DNA of 64,000 nucleotides from Lachnospiraceae bacterium (GCA_021201095.1 JAJQFO010000123.1:3871-67870), one strand, 5' to 3'; positions 50,252 to 59,678 are shown, numbered from the stretch's first letter. Program-made: numbers and translations. Notes: a model not told the origin generated them from the letters alone.

Positions 50252-51835
50252 ATGCGCACATTGCTGATTGTAGAGGATGAAAAACTGATCCGGCAGGGCA
50301 TCCGGGTGATGATCCAGCGCAGCGGCGTGCCAGTAGAGAACATTATTGAGTGCAGCAATGGTCAGATGGCTCTGGAGGTGCTGAAAAATCAGGTTGTGGA
50401 CGTTATGCTGACCGACATCCGCATGCCGAAAATGGATGGCATCGAGCTGGTAAAGGAGATGCAGAAGCTTCCGTATCCGCCGCTTACAGTGGCCATCAGC
50501 GGATATGATGATTTTTCCTATGCCGTAGAGATGATGCGCGGAGGGGTCAGGGAGTATCTCCTGAAACCGGTAGATCGGGACAGCCTGCGGGAAATCCTGG
50601 AAAAGCTGGATCGGGAGCTTGCCGACAGCCGCAAGGAAGAAGAGCGCAGATTGTTGCTGGCCTGCAACCAGCTGCGCCAGGTGATGGAATCCGCCTGGAT
50701 TTCCCCGTCAGAGCTGCAGCTGATGGAAGAGCAGATCGGGCATCGCCTGTTTCCTTCCTATGAGGTCTGCTGCTTTGCGAAAATGGGGGGCATTGAAAAT
50801 GGGAGCAATACCGCCTGTCTTTTTCTGGGAGAAATGTCGGGAAGCAGTGTCTGCATTGTGGATAGGGAAAGTAGTCCGTATCTTTTGAAGAACGAGCTGC
50901 ATGATGCCTGCGTGGGTGTAAGCTGTGTACACAGCGGCATTGCTGAACTGCGCGAAGCTTATCTGGAAGCGGTCGGGGCGCGGAAGATTGCTTTTTGCCG
51001 CTGCCTGCATGAGTACCGTCAGGATGTGCCGCCCGCTGAAACCGTGTCAGATGGTGTCGGTCAGCCATTGTTCGCCGGAACCATGGCAGAGAAGGCAGCC
51101 CAGATGCCGGCTGTGATTACAGACATCACAGAGCACTTGTCTGAAGCTGCGGGCGAAAAAGCTCCGGCGGCTATGGAAGAAGCACCTCCTTGCTGCTTTG
51201 AGGAAATCGAAAAGCTTGTGCAGCTGCTGGGCACGGATCGCTACAAGGACTGCCGTTGTCAGACCGACCTTTTTTTACGTAAGGTAAAAAGAGGAGCTTT
51301 TTCTCCGCTGCAGATGGAGCAATATCTGGGGACTTTGCTGGAACAGATCCGGACAATCTACGGCGGTGCGCTGCAGGATCAGTCAGAAGAAATGACCAGC
51401 CTTCAGAAAATTTACGGATTTCAGAATATCGAGGTGTATGCCGACGCGATCGATACATTTTTTGACTGCATACATTCCAGAACAGACGGTCGTTCGGAGG
51501 AACACCGCAATCAGCAGAAGCTTTTACAGGCAGTCCGCTACATTCAGGAGAATTTCAGTAAGGATCTGAATATGGCAGTCGTCTCCAATTATGTTTCTAT
51601 GAATTACTCTGTGTTCTCTCAGGAATTCAAACAGTATACCGGCAAAAATTTTGTCCCTTTCCTGAAGGAGCTGCGGATGGAAGAAGCCAAACGCCTGCTC
51701 GTTGAGACAGACCTTCGCGTGATTGAAATCAGTCAGAAGGTCGGCTATGAGAATGATAAGCATTTTATGAAAACGTTCAAGGCCACTTACGGAGTGTCGC
51801 CATCCGAATTCCGGAAGAACATGGGATTTACATGA
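50252..51835 (+). CDS. YesN-like response regulator (REC + AraC HTH)
   Basis: IVEDE, TDIRMPKMDG, YLLKP; C-terminal AraC motif FK..YGVSPSEFRK. Confidence 0.9.
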   Translation: MRTLLIVEDEKLIRQGIRVMIQRSGVPVENIIECSNGQMALEVLKNQVVDVMLTDIRMPKMDGIELVKEMQKLPYPPLTVAISGYDDFSYAVEMMRGGVREYLLKPVDRDSLREILEKLDRELADSRKEEERRLLLACNQLRQVMESAWISPSELQLMEEQIGHRLFPSYEVCCFAKMGGIENGSNTACLFLGEMSGSSVCIVDRESSPYLLKNELHDACVGVSCVHSGIAELREAYLEAVGARKIAFCRCLHEYRQDVPPAETVSDGVGQPLFAGTMAEKAAQMPAVITDITEHLSEAAGEKAPAAMEEAPPCCFEEIEKLVQLLGTDRYKDCRCQTDLFLRKVKRGAFSPLQMEQYLGTLLEQIRTIYGGALQDQSEEMTSLQKIYGFQNIEVYADAIDTFFDCIHSRTDGRSEEHRNQQKLLQAVRYIQENFSKDLNMAVVSNYVSMNYSVFSQEFKQYTGKNFVPFLKELRMEEAKRLLVETDLRVIEISQKVGYENDKHFMKTFKATYGVSPSEFRKNMGFT

Positions 51836-51902
51836 CGCTCCGCCCATATGTAGAATGCTGCGCGTTGGGGCGGCGTTGCTGTGGAAATGCCATCTCGTTG
51901 CG

Positions 51903-53771
51903 CTAACGAAACAATTCTTCAGGTGTGACGGAACCTGTGACGGCAACGGTCCGGTAAACGTACGTGATATGGATCTCATAGGGCTTCGTGTGCAGATGAT
52001 TATAGTGCTCCAGATAGCTGTTTGCGCGCGCTACGATCCGGTCCGCCTGGTTGCCGCTATCTTCTTTTTCAGTCAGAAACAGGAGCAGAAATTCGCCGCC
52101 GCCCTGATGGGAAATACACGTGTTTCCCGCACAAATGGCATTTTCCAGCGCATGCCCTGCGACGCAGATGGCGAAATCGCGCTCCGTGCGTCCATGATGT
52201 TCCCGAATCTTTTGCATATCCGAAACGAAAAATTGCATGGCAGTTACGCTGGCTCCGTTTTTCCCTGCCTCACGCATGAGATCTGTCGACGCGGTGCGGA
52301 ACCCATTGCGGTCCGGAAGTCCGGTCAGCTCATCCCGGTTGCTGATATCCTCCAGCCGGTGGACGAGCACTCCGGTCTGACGCTGGTCGAAGATACGTTC
52401 CAGCATGGCGTTGATATTGCGCAGAAACAGAAGCAGAGAGAAATTGGCCGATATTTTCCCATCAGTAAATGTCAGGGCAGTGTAGCCGAATTCTCTTTCT
52501 CCATAAAAAAGCGGAAAATAAATATAAGAAGGATTTGCCGCATGGTACAGGTAATCGGGAAGGATGCTTTTTCCCAGAAAACGGCATTCCGGCAGCCGTA
52601 CACCATCCCGGTATGCGAAGCTTAAGAGCATCTGATCCGCGTCGTCGCAGGATTCCGGCATGGAAGCAATCTGCCGGATCCTTCCGGGCATCTGATCCCA
52701 TCCGGGATAAAGGCAGATATAGAATTCTCTGCAGTCCTCAATCGAGTCTACAAATTCTTCCAGCAGATCCATTCCATCCTCCAGGTCTTTTACCGAATGG
52801 AGAGCCGCGGAAAGCTTGATGTCGGTGAGCATGGCGCTCTCCCGGCTGTCCACCTTCCGAAGCAGATGGTTCTCGTAAAAAAGCGGATTGGGAAGCGCAT
52901 GCTTTTTATTGGCGCAGCAGGATCCGCGGTAAATGGGCTCTGATGAGATGACTGTCTCCTGCGGGAGCGGCGCTTTTCCAAGGATGTCTTCATGCAGCAG
53001 CTCAAATGCCCTGCATCCCATTTCATAGACGGGAAATGTCACCGTAGTCAGATCCGGAGAGCAGTTTTTGCTGACTGTGAGATCGTCAAATCCGGTCACA
53101 CAGATATCCTCCGGAATCCGCAGTCCCTGCCGCAGCAGAAACTCCATCGCGATCACAGCCATCCGGTCATTGTAGCAGAGAATCGCGTCCGGCTTTTCCG
53201 GACCGGCAAGAAAGTCTGAGAGCGCGCGGTTCACCGAGTCCCGGGTATATTCGCAGTCAGCGGCATCCTCCGCGTGGAAGGTCAGCCCATGCTGTGCCAT
53301 AACCTGCGCGCACAGCTCGCGCCTGGGATCGGAGGAAACGCGTTCCAGCGAGCATCCGAGATAGCAGATGCGGCGGCAGTGATGCTCTTCGATCAGATGC
53401 ACGGTGAGATTGGCGGCACACAGTCCATTGCCGAGCTTCAGCTGGGGAAAAACGGCATCGTGCTGCGCAACCTCCAGCACAGGACAGCAGCATTTGCTGC
53501 GCAGAATCTGCGCGATCTGCTCCCGCAGCTCCTTTTGCAGATACGTGCCGGACGCGAAGATGACACCGCAAAAATCCTCGAAGTGAGGAATCCGAAGGAT
53601 GCTTTTTTCACCATTTCCGTAAGCACCGAAATCTTCTCCGTCCGCAGAGGCAAAAACCTCTGTGGCGTATCCGCATTCTCTCGCCCGGTCTGTGATGCCC
53701 TGGCAGAGCGTTCTCTGATAATCTCCGAAAATATGGGAGACGAAAATACCGATTTTTCTGGAATGATACAT
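51903..53771 (-). CDS. LacI-type sugar-binding domain fused to a degenerate GGDEF-like domain
   Basis: PDAILCYNDRMA, RIPEDICVTGFDD, LTTV; DELTGLPDR and GGGEF; no N-terminal HTH. Confidence 0.75.
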   Translation of the reverse strand: MYHSRKIGIFVSHIFGDYQRTLCQGITDRARECGYATEVFASADGEDFGAYGNGEKSILRIPHFEDFCGVIFASGTYLQKELREQIAQILRSKCCCPVLEVAQHDAVFPQLKLGNGLCAANLTVHLIEEHHCRRICYLGCSLERVSSDPRRELCAQVMAQHGLTFHAEDAADCEYTRDSVNRALSDFLAGPEKPDAILCYNDRMAVIAMEFLLRQGLRIPEDICVTGFDDLTVSKNCSPDLTTVTFPVYEMGCRAFELLHEDILGKAPLPQETVISSEPIYRGSCCANKKHALPNPLFYENHLLRKVDSRESAMLTDIKLSAALHSVKDLEDGMDLLEEFVDSIEDCREFYICLYPGWDQMPGRIRQIASMPESCDDADQMLLSFAYRDGVRLPECRFLGKSILPDYLYHAANPSYIYFPLFYGEREFGYTALTFTDGKISANFSLLLFLRNINAMLERIFDQRQTGVLVHRLEDISNRDELTGLPDRNGFRTASTDLMREAGKNGASVTAMQFFVSDMQKIREHHGRTERDFAICVAGHALENAICAGNTCISHQGGGEFLLLFLTEKEDSGNQADRIVARANSYLEHYNHLHTKPYEIHITYVYRTVAVTGSVTPEELFR

Positions 53772-53837
53772 GTGTGATCTCTCGTTCCTTTCTTTACGCG
53801 CATGGCGTGCGCGGCCAACAATTGCCGCGAAAACAGG

Positions 53838-55184
53838 TTAAACAGATCCTGAGCTTTGCGGGCGGTTCAGCTTCGCCGCTTTTCCAAACAATACAAACCC
53901 GATGACGAACAGAACCGCGAGCACAGATACGCCTGCGCTCGTGGCGCCTGTGATCTGCGCGACGAGGCCCACCAGAAAGGTACCCATGAAGGACGCACCC
54001 TTGCCGAAGATATCATAAATGCCGAAATATTCGCCGGATTTTTCCGGAGGAATGATTTTGGCAAAATAGGAGCGGGACAGTGCCTGAATGGCCCCCTGAA
54101 ACATGCCGACACAGACAGCCAGCAGCCAGAATTCCCACTGCTTATCCAGCTGGATCGCGAACAGGGCGATCAGTGTGTAGGCCCCAATGCAGAAGCGGAT
54201 GAGCTGATCCGTCCGGAATTGTCTGGAAAGCCTGCCGAAAATCAGGGCAAACGGAAACGCGACGATCTGTGTCACCAGAAGCGCAAGCAGCAGCCCGGTC
54301 GTATCAAGCCCCAGGGCACTTCCGTAGGCGGTCGCCATGTCGATGATGGTATACACCCCGTCGATAAAGAAAAAGAACGCCAGCAGGTAATAGAAAATAT
54401 TCTTCTGATGACTGATTTCCACGAACGTGTGGCCAAGGCGCGAAAAGCTGCTCCGGATCAGGGAAATGCCTTTTTCTGCCTGCGGCTGCCCAGACGGACT
54501 GTTTTTTTCGCCTCGCGGAATAAGGTTACTCTGTAAATCAGGAGCTGTCCCAGTTTCTACATCAGATACGAAATGGGTCTGCTTATAGTTTTTCAAAAGA
54601 GGAAGCGTCACGATCAGCCACCAGGCTGCATTCAGGAAAAACGCGATCGTCATCGCCATCCGGAAGCTGATGCCGACCGAGTCATAGAGCAGCACAAAGG
54701 CCAGGGAAATGACGAAAGGGATGCAGCTGCCGATGTAGCCCCAGGCGTAGCCGCTTGAGGAGACCATGTCAAAGCGCTCCTCCGTCGTGACATCCGTGAG
54801 CATGGAATCATAGAAAATCAGGCTGGCGTTAAAGCCTACTTTTGCAATCACATAGACAGCCAGAAAGACAATCCAGGAGGTCGGGACGGACAGCGCCGCG
54901 CAGCCGATCACACCCACCATCATGCAGGCGGTAAATAACGGCTTTTTATAATTCTGCATATCCGCGATGCTGCCAAGCACCGGACCTAAGAGCGCGACCA
55001 CCACGGTCGCAGCTGAGGCTGCGTATCCCCAGTAAGCCAGATAGTCCACCTCACTTAAGCCGGCCGTATCCGCCAGATGGTTAAAATAGATCGGAAGAAT
55101 TGTGGCGACCAGCAGGACAAAAGCAGAGTTGCCCACATCATAGAGAATCCAGTAACGTTCCAGTCTTGTCAGTTTATTATTCAT
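53838..55184 (-). CDS. MFS transporter, UMF1/ATG22-like
   Basis: WILYDVGNSAF, SSSGYAWGYIG, QALSRS, EYFGIY. Confidence 0.85.
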   Translation of the reverse strand: MNNKLTRLERYWILYDVGNSAFVLLVATILPIYFNHLADTAGLSEVDYLAYWGYAASAATVVVALLGPVLGSIADMQNYKKPLFTACMMVGVIGCAALSVPTSWIVFLAVYVIAKVGFNASLIFYDSMLTDVTTEERFDMVSSSGYAWGYIGSCIPFVISLAFVLLYDSVGISFRMAMTIAFFLNAAWWLIVTLPLLKNYKQTHFVSDVETGTAPDLQSNLIPRGEKNSPSGQPQAEKGISLIRSSFSRLGHTFVEISHQKNIFYYLLAFFFFIDGVYTIIDMATAYGSALGLDTTGLLLALLVTQIVAFPFALIFGRLSRQFRTDQLIRFCIGAYTLIALFAIQLDKQWEFWLLAVCVGMFQGAIQALSRSYFAKIIPPEKSGEYFGIYDIFGKGASFMGTFLVGLVAQITGATSAGVSVLAVLFVIGFVLFGKAAKLNRPQSSGSV

Positions 55185-55315
55185 AACCTCTCTCCGTCAT
55201 AATTTACTATTCTGTTATTATCCAAAACCTATCCAGAACCTTCTCGAAACAAAAAAGCCGGATGATTTCGCAGAGCTTTCACTGAAAAAATCTCAAAATG
55301 TTTCCCTCGAAGTGT

Positions 55316-56107
55316 TTACTCAAAATTCCGATGGAACCGCTCCGGCAGGCATTTTCCGGTACGCAGATACTCATCAAACTGCTCCTGCAGCGATACAGCC
55401 AGAGGAATCGCGCTGTCATACAGATTCCAGAGCTTCAGATTGCTCTCACGGCAGAGCGGGTTATCCTTCCGCTGGTTCATCAGACCATTCATTTTGTGAT
55501 GTACATGGAGCAGCTTCATAGCTGAATTGATCAGACCCTGCTTCAGGGGGCCTGGTGCGCGGAACAGATCCTTGACAAGCTTCATCCCCTTCAGCGAAGC
55601 GAGTACCTTTTTCTGATCCAGGGAAGGATAAAACGGACGGATGGCTGCTGCAGTGTCTTCGTCCGCATAGATCAGATCCGAGGCATGGTAGCCCAACGGA
55701 TCCAGATGATCCGCGCGGAGCAGGAATTTTTCAAATTCGGCCTCTATCTCCAGATGTGCGACGCCGCTGCGCGCAATCTGCTTTTCAATATAAGGGTGGC
55801 ACTCACTGTCCAGAGTAAAATGGCAGATAAAGCCGAGCAGGTAAGCATACTGACTGCTGCTGCGCCCATATTTTCGGATGACTTTCCGCGCGTGGGCAAA
55901 AAAAGAAGCTGCAACCGCTTCGTGCAGGAGTGTGCCATACTTCTGCACACGATTTCTGCACCATGGGTGATAAAAGAAAAAAATGTCAGGCCCCTGAAGG
56001 CCCATACGGTAAGCGTAGTTATAACGGGTGGTAATCGCGCAAAGCTCTGCACTCATATTTTCACGTACATTGATCCCGAAGCGGTCATGGGCATAAACGG
56101 CGGGCAT
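55316..56107 (-). CDS. Zinc-dependent phospholipase C family protein
   Basis: MPA.YAH, GLQGPDIFFF, LH, GFICHFTLDSECHPYI, HLEIE. Confidence 0.8.
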   Translation of the reverse strand: MPAVYAHDRFGINVRENMSAELCAITTRYNYAYRMGLQGPDIFFFYHPWCRNRVQKYGTLLHEAVAASFFAHARKVIRKYGRSSSQYAYLLGFICHFTLDSECHPYIEKQIARSGVAHLEIEAEFEKFLLRADHLDPLGYHASDLIYADEDTAAAIRPFYPSLDQKKVLASLKGMKLVKDLFRAPGPLKQGLINSAMKLLHVHHKMNGLMNQRKDNPLCRESNLKLWNLYDSAIPLAVSLQEQFDEYLRTGKCLPERFHRNFE

Positions 56108-56491
56108 AGTCAATTCCTCGATTCTGTGTTGGATTTGTAAGTGTTTTGCACTTTTTACGAATATTTTAACACAAATAAGAAAAAATAACAGTACGAATTA
56201 TGTAAAATATGGCTATTCATGGGAAAAGATCGTTGCATGTCATACCCGCGCCCAGTACCTCGCTGGTGAGTGCGGAGAGGACGGTAGTGTGAGATCTGAA
56301 CGGAAGAACGGTCAAAGCCAGAATGCGCAACTAAAATAAAAAGAGCAGTTTATTAAAAGAACTTGATACAAATAGAAAGTTATGATATATTGATTCTGGT
56401 GATTGAACTGACAGGCAGACTTTTCCCGCAGTGGGTGAAAAAGTTATTTTGACTCCTGCATGATTTTAACGTTGCTACAGGAGGAAAGTGG

Positions 56492-56797
56492 ATGAGTATC
56501 ATGAATTTACTCTATGACGGAAAAATTTATCCGGCAGAGCAGGCAGTTTCTTCCGATCCAAATTATGTGAAGACGAATCGGGAGATAGAAATACTGATGG
56601 AGAAACTTGAGGAAAAGCTTGATAAAGAGGATTACGATCTCGTAGAAAAGGTATGCGACCTGTTGTCTGTTACACAGGACATTCAGAATAAGGAAGTATT
56701 CCGATATGGTCTTTCTCTGGGACTGCAGCTGATGTGGGAGGCCGGGGAGCTGCCTTATCTGAAGGAATGCGGACGCGATCCGATTCGTTTTTTATAA
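56492..56797 (+). CDS. DUF6809-like small protein
   Basis: LYDGKIYPAEQ…FRYGLSLGLQLMWE pattern; RBS AGGAGG; TTGATA-17-TATATT upstream. Confidence 0.65.
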   Translation: MSIMNLLYDGKIYPAEQAVSSDPNYVKTNREIEILMEKLEEKLDKEDYDLVEKVCDLLSVTQDIQNKEVFRYGLSLGLQLMWEAGELPYLKECGRDPIRFL

Positions 56798-57001
56798 CGC
56801 GCAGGAATGAGAATGCGATCGGTTTTTTGACTTTGGGCGAAGTGCAGTACATGGCTCTATGGATGTACGGTGAGACGCGCGGGGCAGAAGCTGCCCCGCG
56901 GTTTTTGTATGATGCATCCGGCCGGGTTAAACATTTTTGTTTATCTTCAGCCCTGCGTCTTCGATTTTCTGCGGGCGTCGGGAAAAACGTGTGTCACGGG
57001 C

Positions 57002-57421
57002 TTAAGAGCGCGTCTCTTCGCAGGCGATGGCTGCCCTTATCATGGCGACAGCGAGCTTTTGCTTCGCGGGAGGCAGACTGTCCCACAGCAGGCCGAGCTC
57101 CTGAATCCCTGTGAGCTCATTATCGGCCAGAAGATCCTGCAAAAGATAGTCCGGGGAGATCTGCAGCGTATTGCAGATGGATACAAAAAGTGGAAGACTC
57201 ACCACCTTACCGCTTTTGCCGGACTCGATCTGCCGTAGATATTCCGGACTTATGTTTAGCTGCTCTGCCAGCTTTTCCCCGCTGAGGCCAAGGCTCTGCC
57301 GGATTTCCCTGATTCTCTGTCCGAGACAGCTAAAATCGAGCATATCGCGAGGCTGTAATTCGGCAGCATTTTCAGAGACAGGTTGTGTGTGCTTCGTTTT
57401 GTCGGATGGTTTTACCTTCAT
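57002..57421 (-). CDS. XRE-family HTH transcriptional regulator
   Basis: LGQRIREIRQSLGLSGEKLAEQLNISPEYLRQIESG; RBS GGGGAG. Confidence 0.85.
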   Translation of the reverse strand: MKVKPSDKTKHTQPVSENAAELQPRDMLDFSCLGQRIREIRQSLGLSGEKLAEQLNISPEYLRQIESGKSGKVVSLPLFVSICNTLQISPDYLLQDLLADNELTGIQELGLLWDSLPPAKQKLAVAMIRAAIACEETRS

Positions 57422-57865
57422 ATTTCTCACTCCCCAGACAGGCTGGCATACCTGACATGCTATGCTCCAGATGGACAATAATTGTAAAAAAGAGCTTCTT
57501 TGTTCATATCCATGCCACAACCATGCGTTACACTCAGACTTAATGTTATTGGTTCGCACTTGCCGACAGGCTCAGGTTTCAGGAATACGGCAGAAAGGTA
57601 GCTTGTGAGGCCTTTCGCTGACATTGTTGGTAACGCAATGTATACTTTCAGCATACATTACGATTGTAGTTTTCGGAATATTCTGATAGACTACAAAGTG
57701 TAAGCCTGTAGCTTACGCTGACAGAGCTGTATGCACTTAATTTACAATTGTGCAAAATGTGAAACGGAAGCAGGGAAGCGCGAAAAGGGTTTATGATTAC
57801 AAAAACGAAATCGCAGGCTATGTGCCGCAAAGTTTTTTATTCACAGAACACAGAAAGGAAATTCT

Positions 57866-58336
57866 ATGAAAATCGAAAAAAAGTATTATTCCGAAGAAGC
57901 TAGATTATGGAAAGAGGCCGAAGAGAAAGAGCAGCAGTGGAAAAAGAATGCGACAGAAGGAGAGAAAATGCAAAGAGAGATCCTCTCCCAGATGGAAGCA
58001 GAAAAAATTGTCAGTGAAATGCAGGCTGCTCAAAAAGAAAGCTATCAGATGATATACCGTCAGCGCATGGAACGCTTTAAAGTGCTGGGGCAAAAGGCAA
58101 TCGATCTGGCTGAGGAAGCACCGATGGACATCATTGTTGAGACGGAAAAGCTCTTTGGGCGCATTCAGATGACTGCAGACTGTCTGATGATTATGGAGTC
58201 GTCGTCTATTTCCATGCGTACGGATTTCGCTGCTTTGATCGAAGAATCAGAGAGCATCAGTATTCTGCCGAGAGCTGACGGCATGATCGAGATTACTTTT
58301 ATTTACCCATTTTATACAGAATTGAAAAGAGCATAA
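57866..58336 (+). CDS. Hypothetical protein (N-terminal coiled coil, C-terminal alpha/beta)
   Basis: 156-aa ORF with RBS AAAGGA. Confidence 0.65.
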   Translation: MKIEKKYYSEEARLWKEAEEKEQQWKKNATEGEKMQREILSQMEAEKIVSEMQAAQKESYQMIYRQRMERFKVLGQKAIDLAEEAPMDIIVETEKLFGRIQMTADCLMIMESSSISMRTDFAALIEESESISILPRADGMIEITFIYPFYTELKRA

Positions 58337-58463
58337 TAAATCAGGCTAACCGAAACGATCCCAGCGAAGTCTGGCCGGACAAGAATAAGCCAAACAGAGG
58401 TCGCCTGCCTGAAGACAGATATTGCCTGGGGCAGGAATTGCTTTTTATTTTTTTGAAAAAATA

Positions 58464-58479
58464 GTAGTCAGCTGACTAC
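58464..58479. promoter_or_regulatory. Perfect 16-bp palindrome GTAGTCAGCTGACTAC, candidate operator
   Basis: ~90 nt upstream of an XRE gene; followed by a partial half-site gcagtcagc. Confidence 0.45.
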
Positions 58480-58566
58480 CATTGGCAGTCAGCGTGCAAT
58501 CTGCTAAATTTTTATCGTTACAGTTACAATAGCCTCAAAATAAGGAATAAGTGAGGGATAACTGTA

Positions 58567-58980
58567 ATGAGCACAAAAGAGCGCGCACCGGCGGCCAGTG
58601 CTGCCAGAGAAGAAGCGGATGTTTTATACGATACCGAGCCGGTTCTTGCCTACATACGTTCAAGAATTGCAGAGCTTTGTGAGAAAAAGCATATTTCAAA
58701 ATACCGCTTGAATAAGCGTTGCGGTGTATCACCCAAGAATGTTATGCGGTACATCGAGGGATGCCGGGTACCGACGATCGAGACGATTGCAAAATTATGC
58801 GCAGGCTTTGGCATCACCCTTTCAGAATTTTTCGAAGATATGCCTGCCCCAGAGAGGCCTTCCTTCAATGATCCGCGTGATAGTTTGCTTGAAATATGGG
58901 ATAAACTGGATCAAAACGGGCAGAGCAGCTTGCTTTCCTTTGGAAAATATCTGGCGGATTCGGAAGAAAAGCAGTCGTAG
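58567..58980 (+). CDS. XRE-family HTH transcriptional regulator
   Basis: RIAELCEKKHISKYRL…PTIETIAKLCAGFGITLSEFF. Confidence 0.85.
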   Translation: MSTKERAPAASAAREEADVLYDTEPVLAYIRSRIAELCEKKHISKYRLNKRCGVSPKNVMRYIEGCRVPTIETIAKLCAGFGITLSEFFEDMPAPERPSFNDPRDSLLEIWDKLDQNGQSSLLSFGKYLADSEEKQS

Positions 58981-59084
58981 TTGTGCAAGAATCTGGTTCT
59001 ATATCGTCTGCTGCAGCGGAAAAATGAAGATGCTGCAGGATGGAATGATGTTTGTGCAGCCGTATAGCGGAAAATGCAATTCTA

Positions 59085-59114
59085 TCATATATTTACAGGA
59101 ACCTTTCATAGACT
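59085..59114 (+). promoter_or_regulatory. Sigma-E-like sporulation promoter
   Basis: TCATATA…CATAGACT resembles the sigma-E consensus; directly upstream of spoIIID, a known sigma-E target. Confidence 0.45.
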
Positions 59115-59144
59115 GTAAAAACAGTCATTTCGGGGGAAGTTCCT

Positions 59145-59462
59145 GTGAAGGATTATATAGAAGAGCGTGTACTGACAATTGCCGCTTATATTTCAGAAAA
59201 CAGTGCGACCGTGCGGGAGGCAGCAAAACGATATGGGGTAAGCAAAAGCACCGTACATAAGGACATGGTGTCTCTTTTGCCGAAGCTCAATCCCTCTCTT
59301 GCGAGGGATGTGCGCAGAGTCCTGGACGTGAACAAACAGGAGCGGCATATCCGCGGCGGGATGGCGACGAGGGAAAAGTATTTGCTGGTTACACATCATA
59401 CCCGCGCTGCACATCCCGCTGCGGAGCGCGGGACATCATCCAAAAACAGAGGGGATATTTGA
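59145..59462 (+). CDS. spoIIID: Stage III sporulation transcriptional regulator D
   Basis: KDYIEERV, ATVREAAK..GVSKSTVHKD, ERHIRGGMATREKY; GTG start. Confidence 0.93.
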   Translation: MKDYIEERVLTIAAYISENSATVREAAKRYGVSKSTVHKDMVSLLPKLNPSLARDVRRVLDVNKQERHIRGGMATREKYLLVTHHTRAAHPAAERGTSSKNRGDI

Positions 59463-59546
59463 CAGCCGCATGGAATATTTGCTTGATTTCCTGCACTTGT
59501 TCCATTATACTCTTGAAAAAGACACGGGCTTCCGGTTATGGCAGAT

Positions 59547-59645
59547 TGCGGCGTAAGTGCGGTATAAGTGCGATGTGAGCGCAGTATAAGTGCGATATGA
59601 GCGTGGCATAAGTGTAACATAAGCGCGGCATAAATGTCGCATACA
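59547..59645. repeat. 11-bp tandem repeat x9 (consensus TGCGGYATAAG)
   Basis: Read directly; degenerate units. Confidence 0.8.
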
Positions 59646-59678
59646 GGAAGCCTGCGGGAAAGGACAGGAGGATTTGGG

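Noticed and set aside
56400-58980. Prophage or ICE
   Set aside because: Two XRE genes and hypotheticals only; no integrase, relaxase, structural genes or att-like repeats seen.
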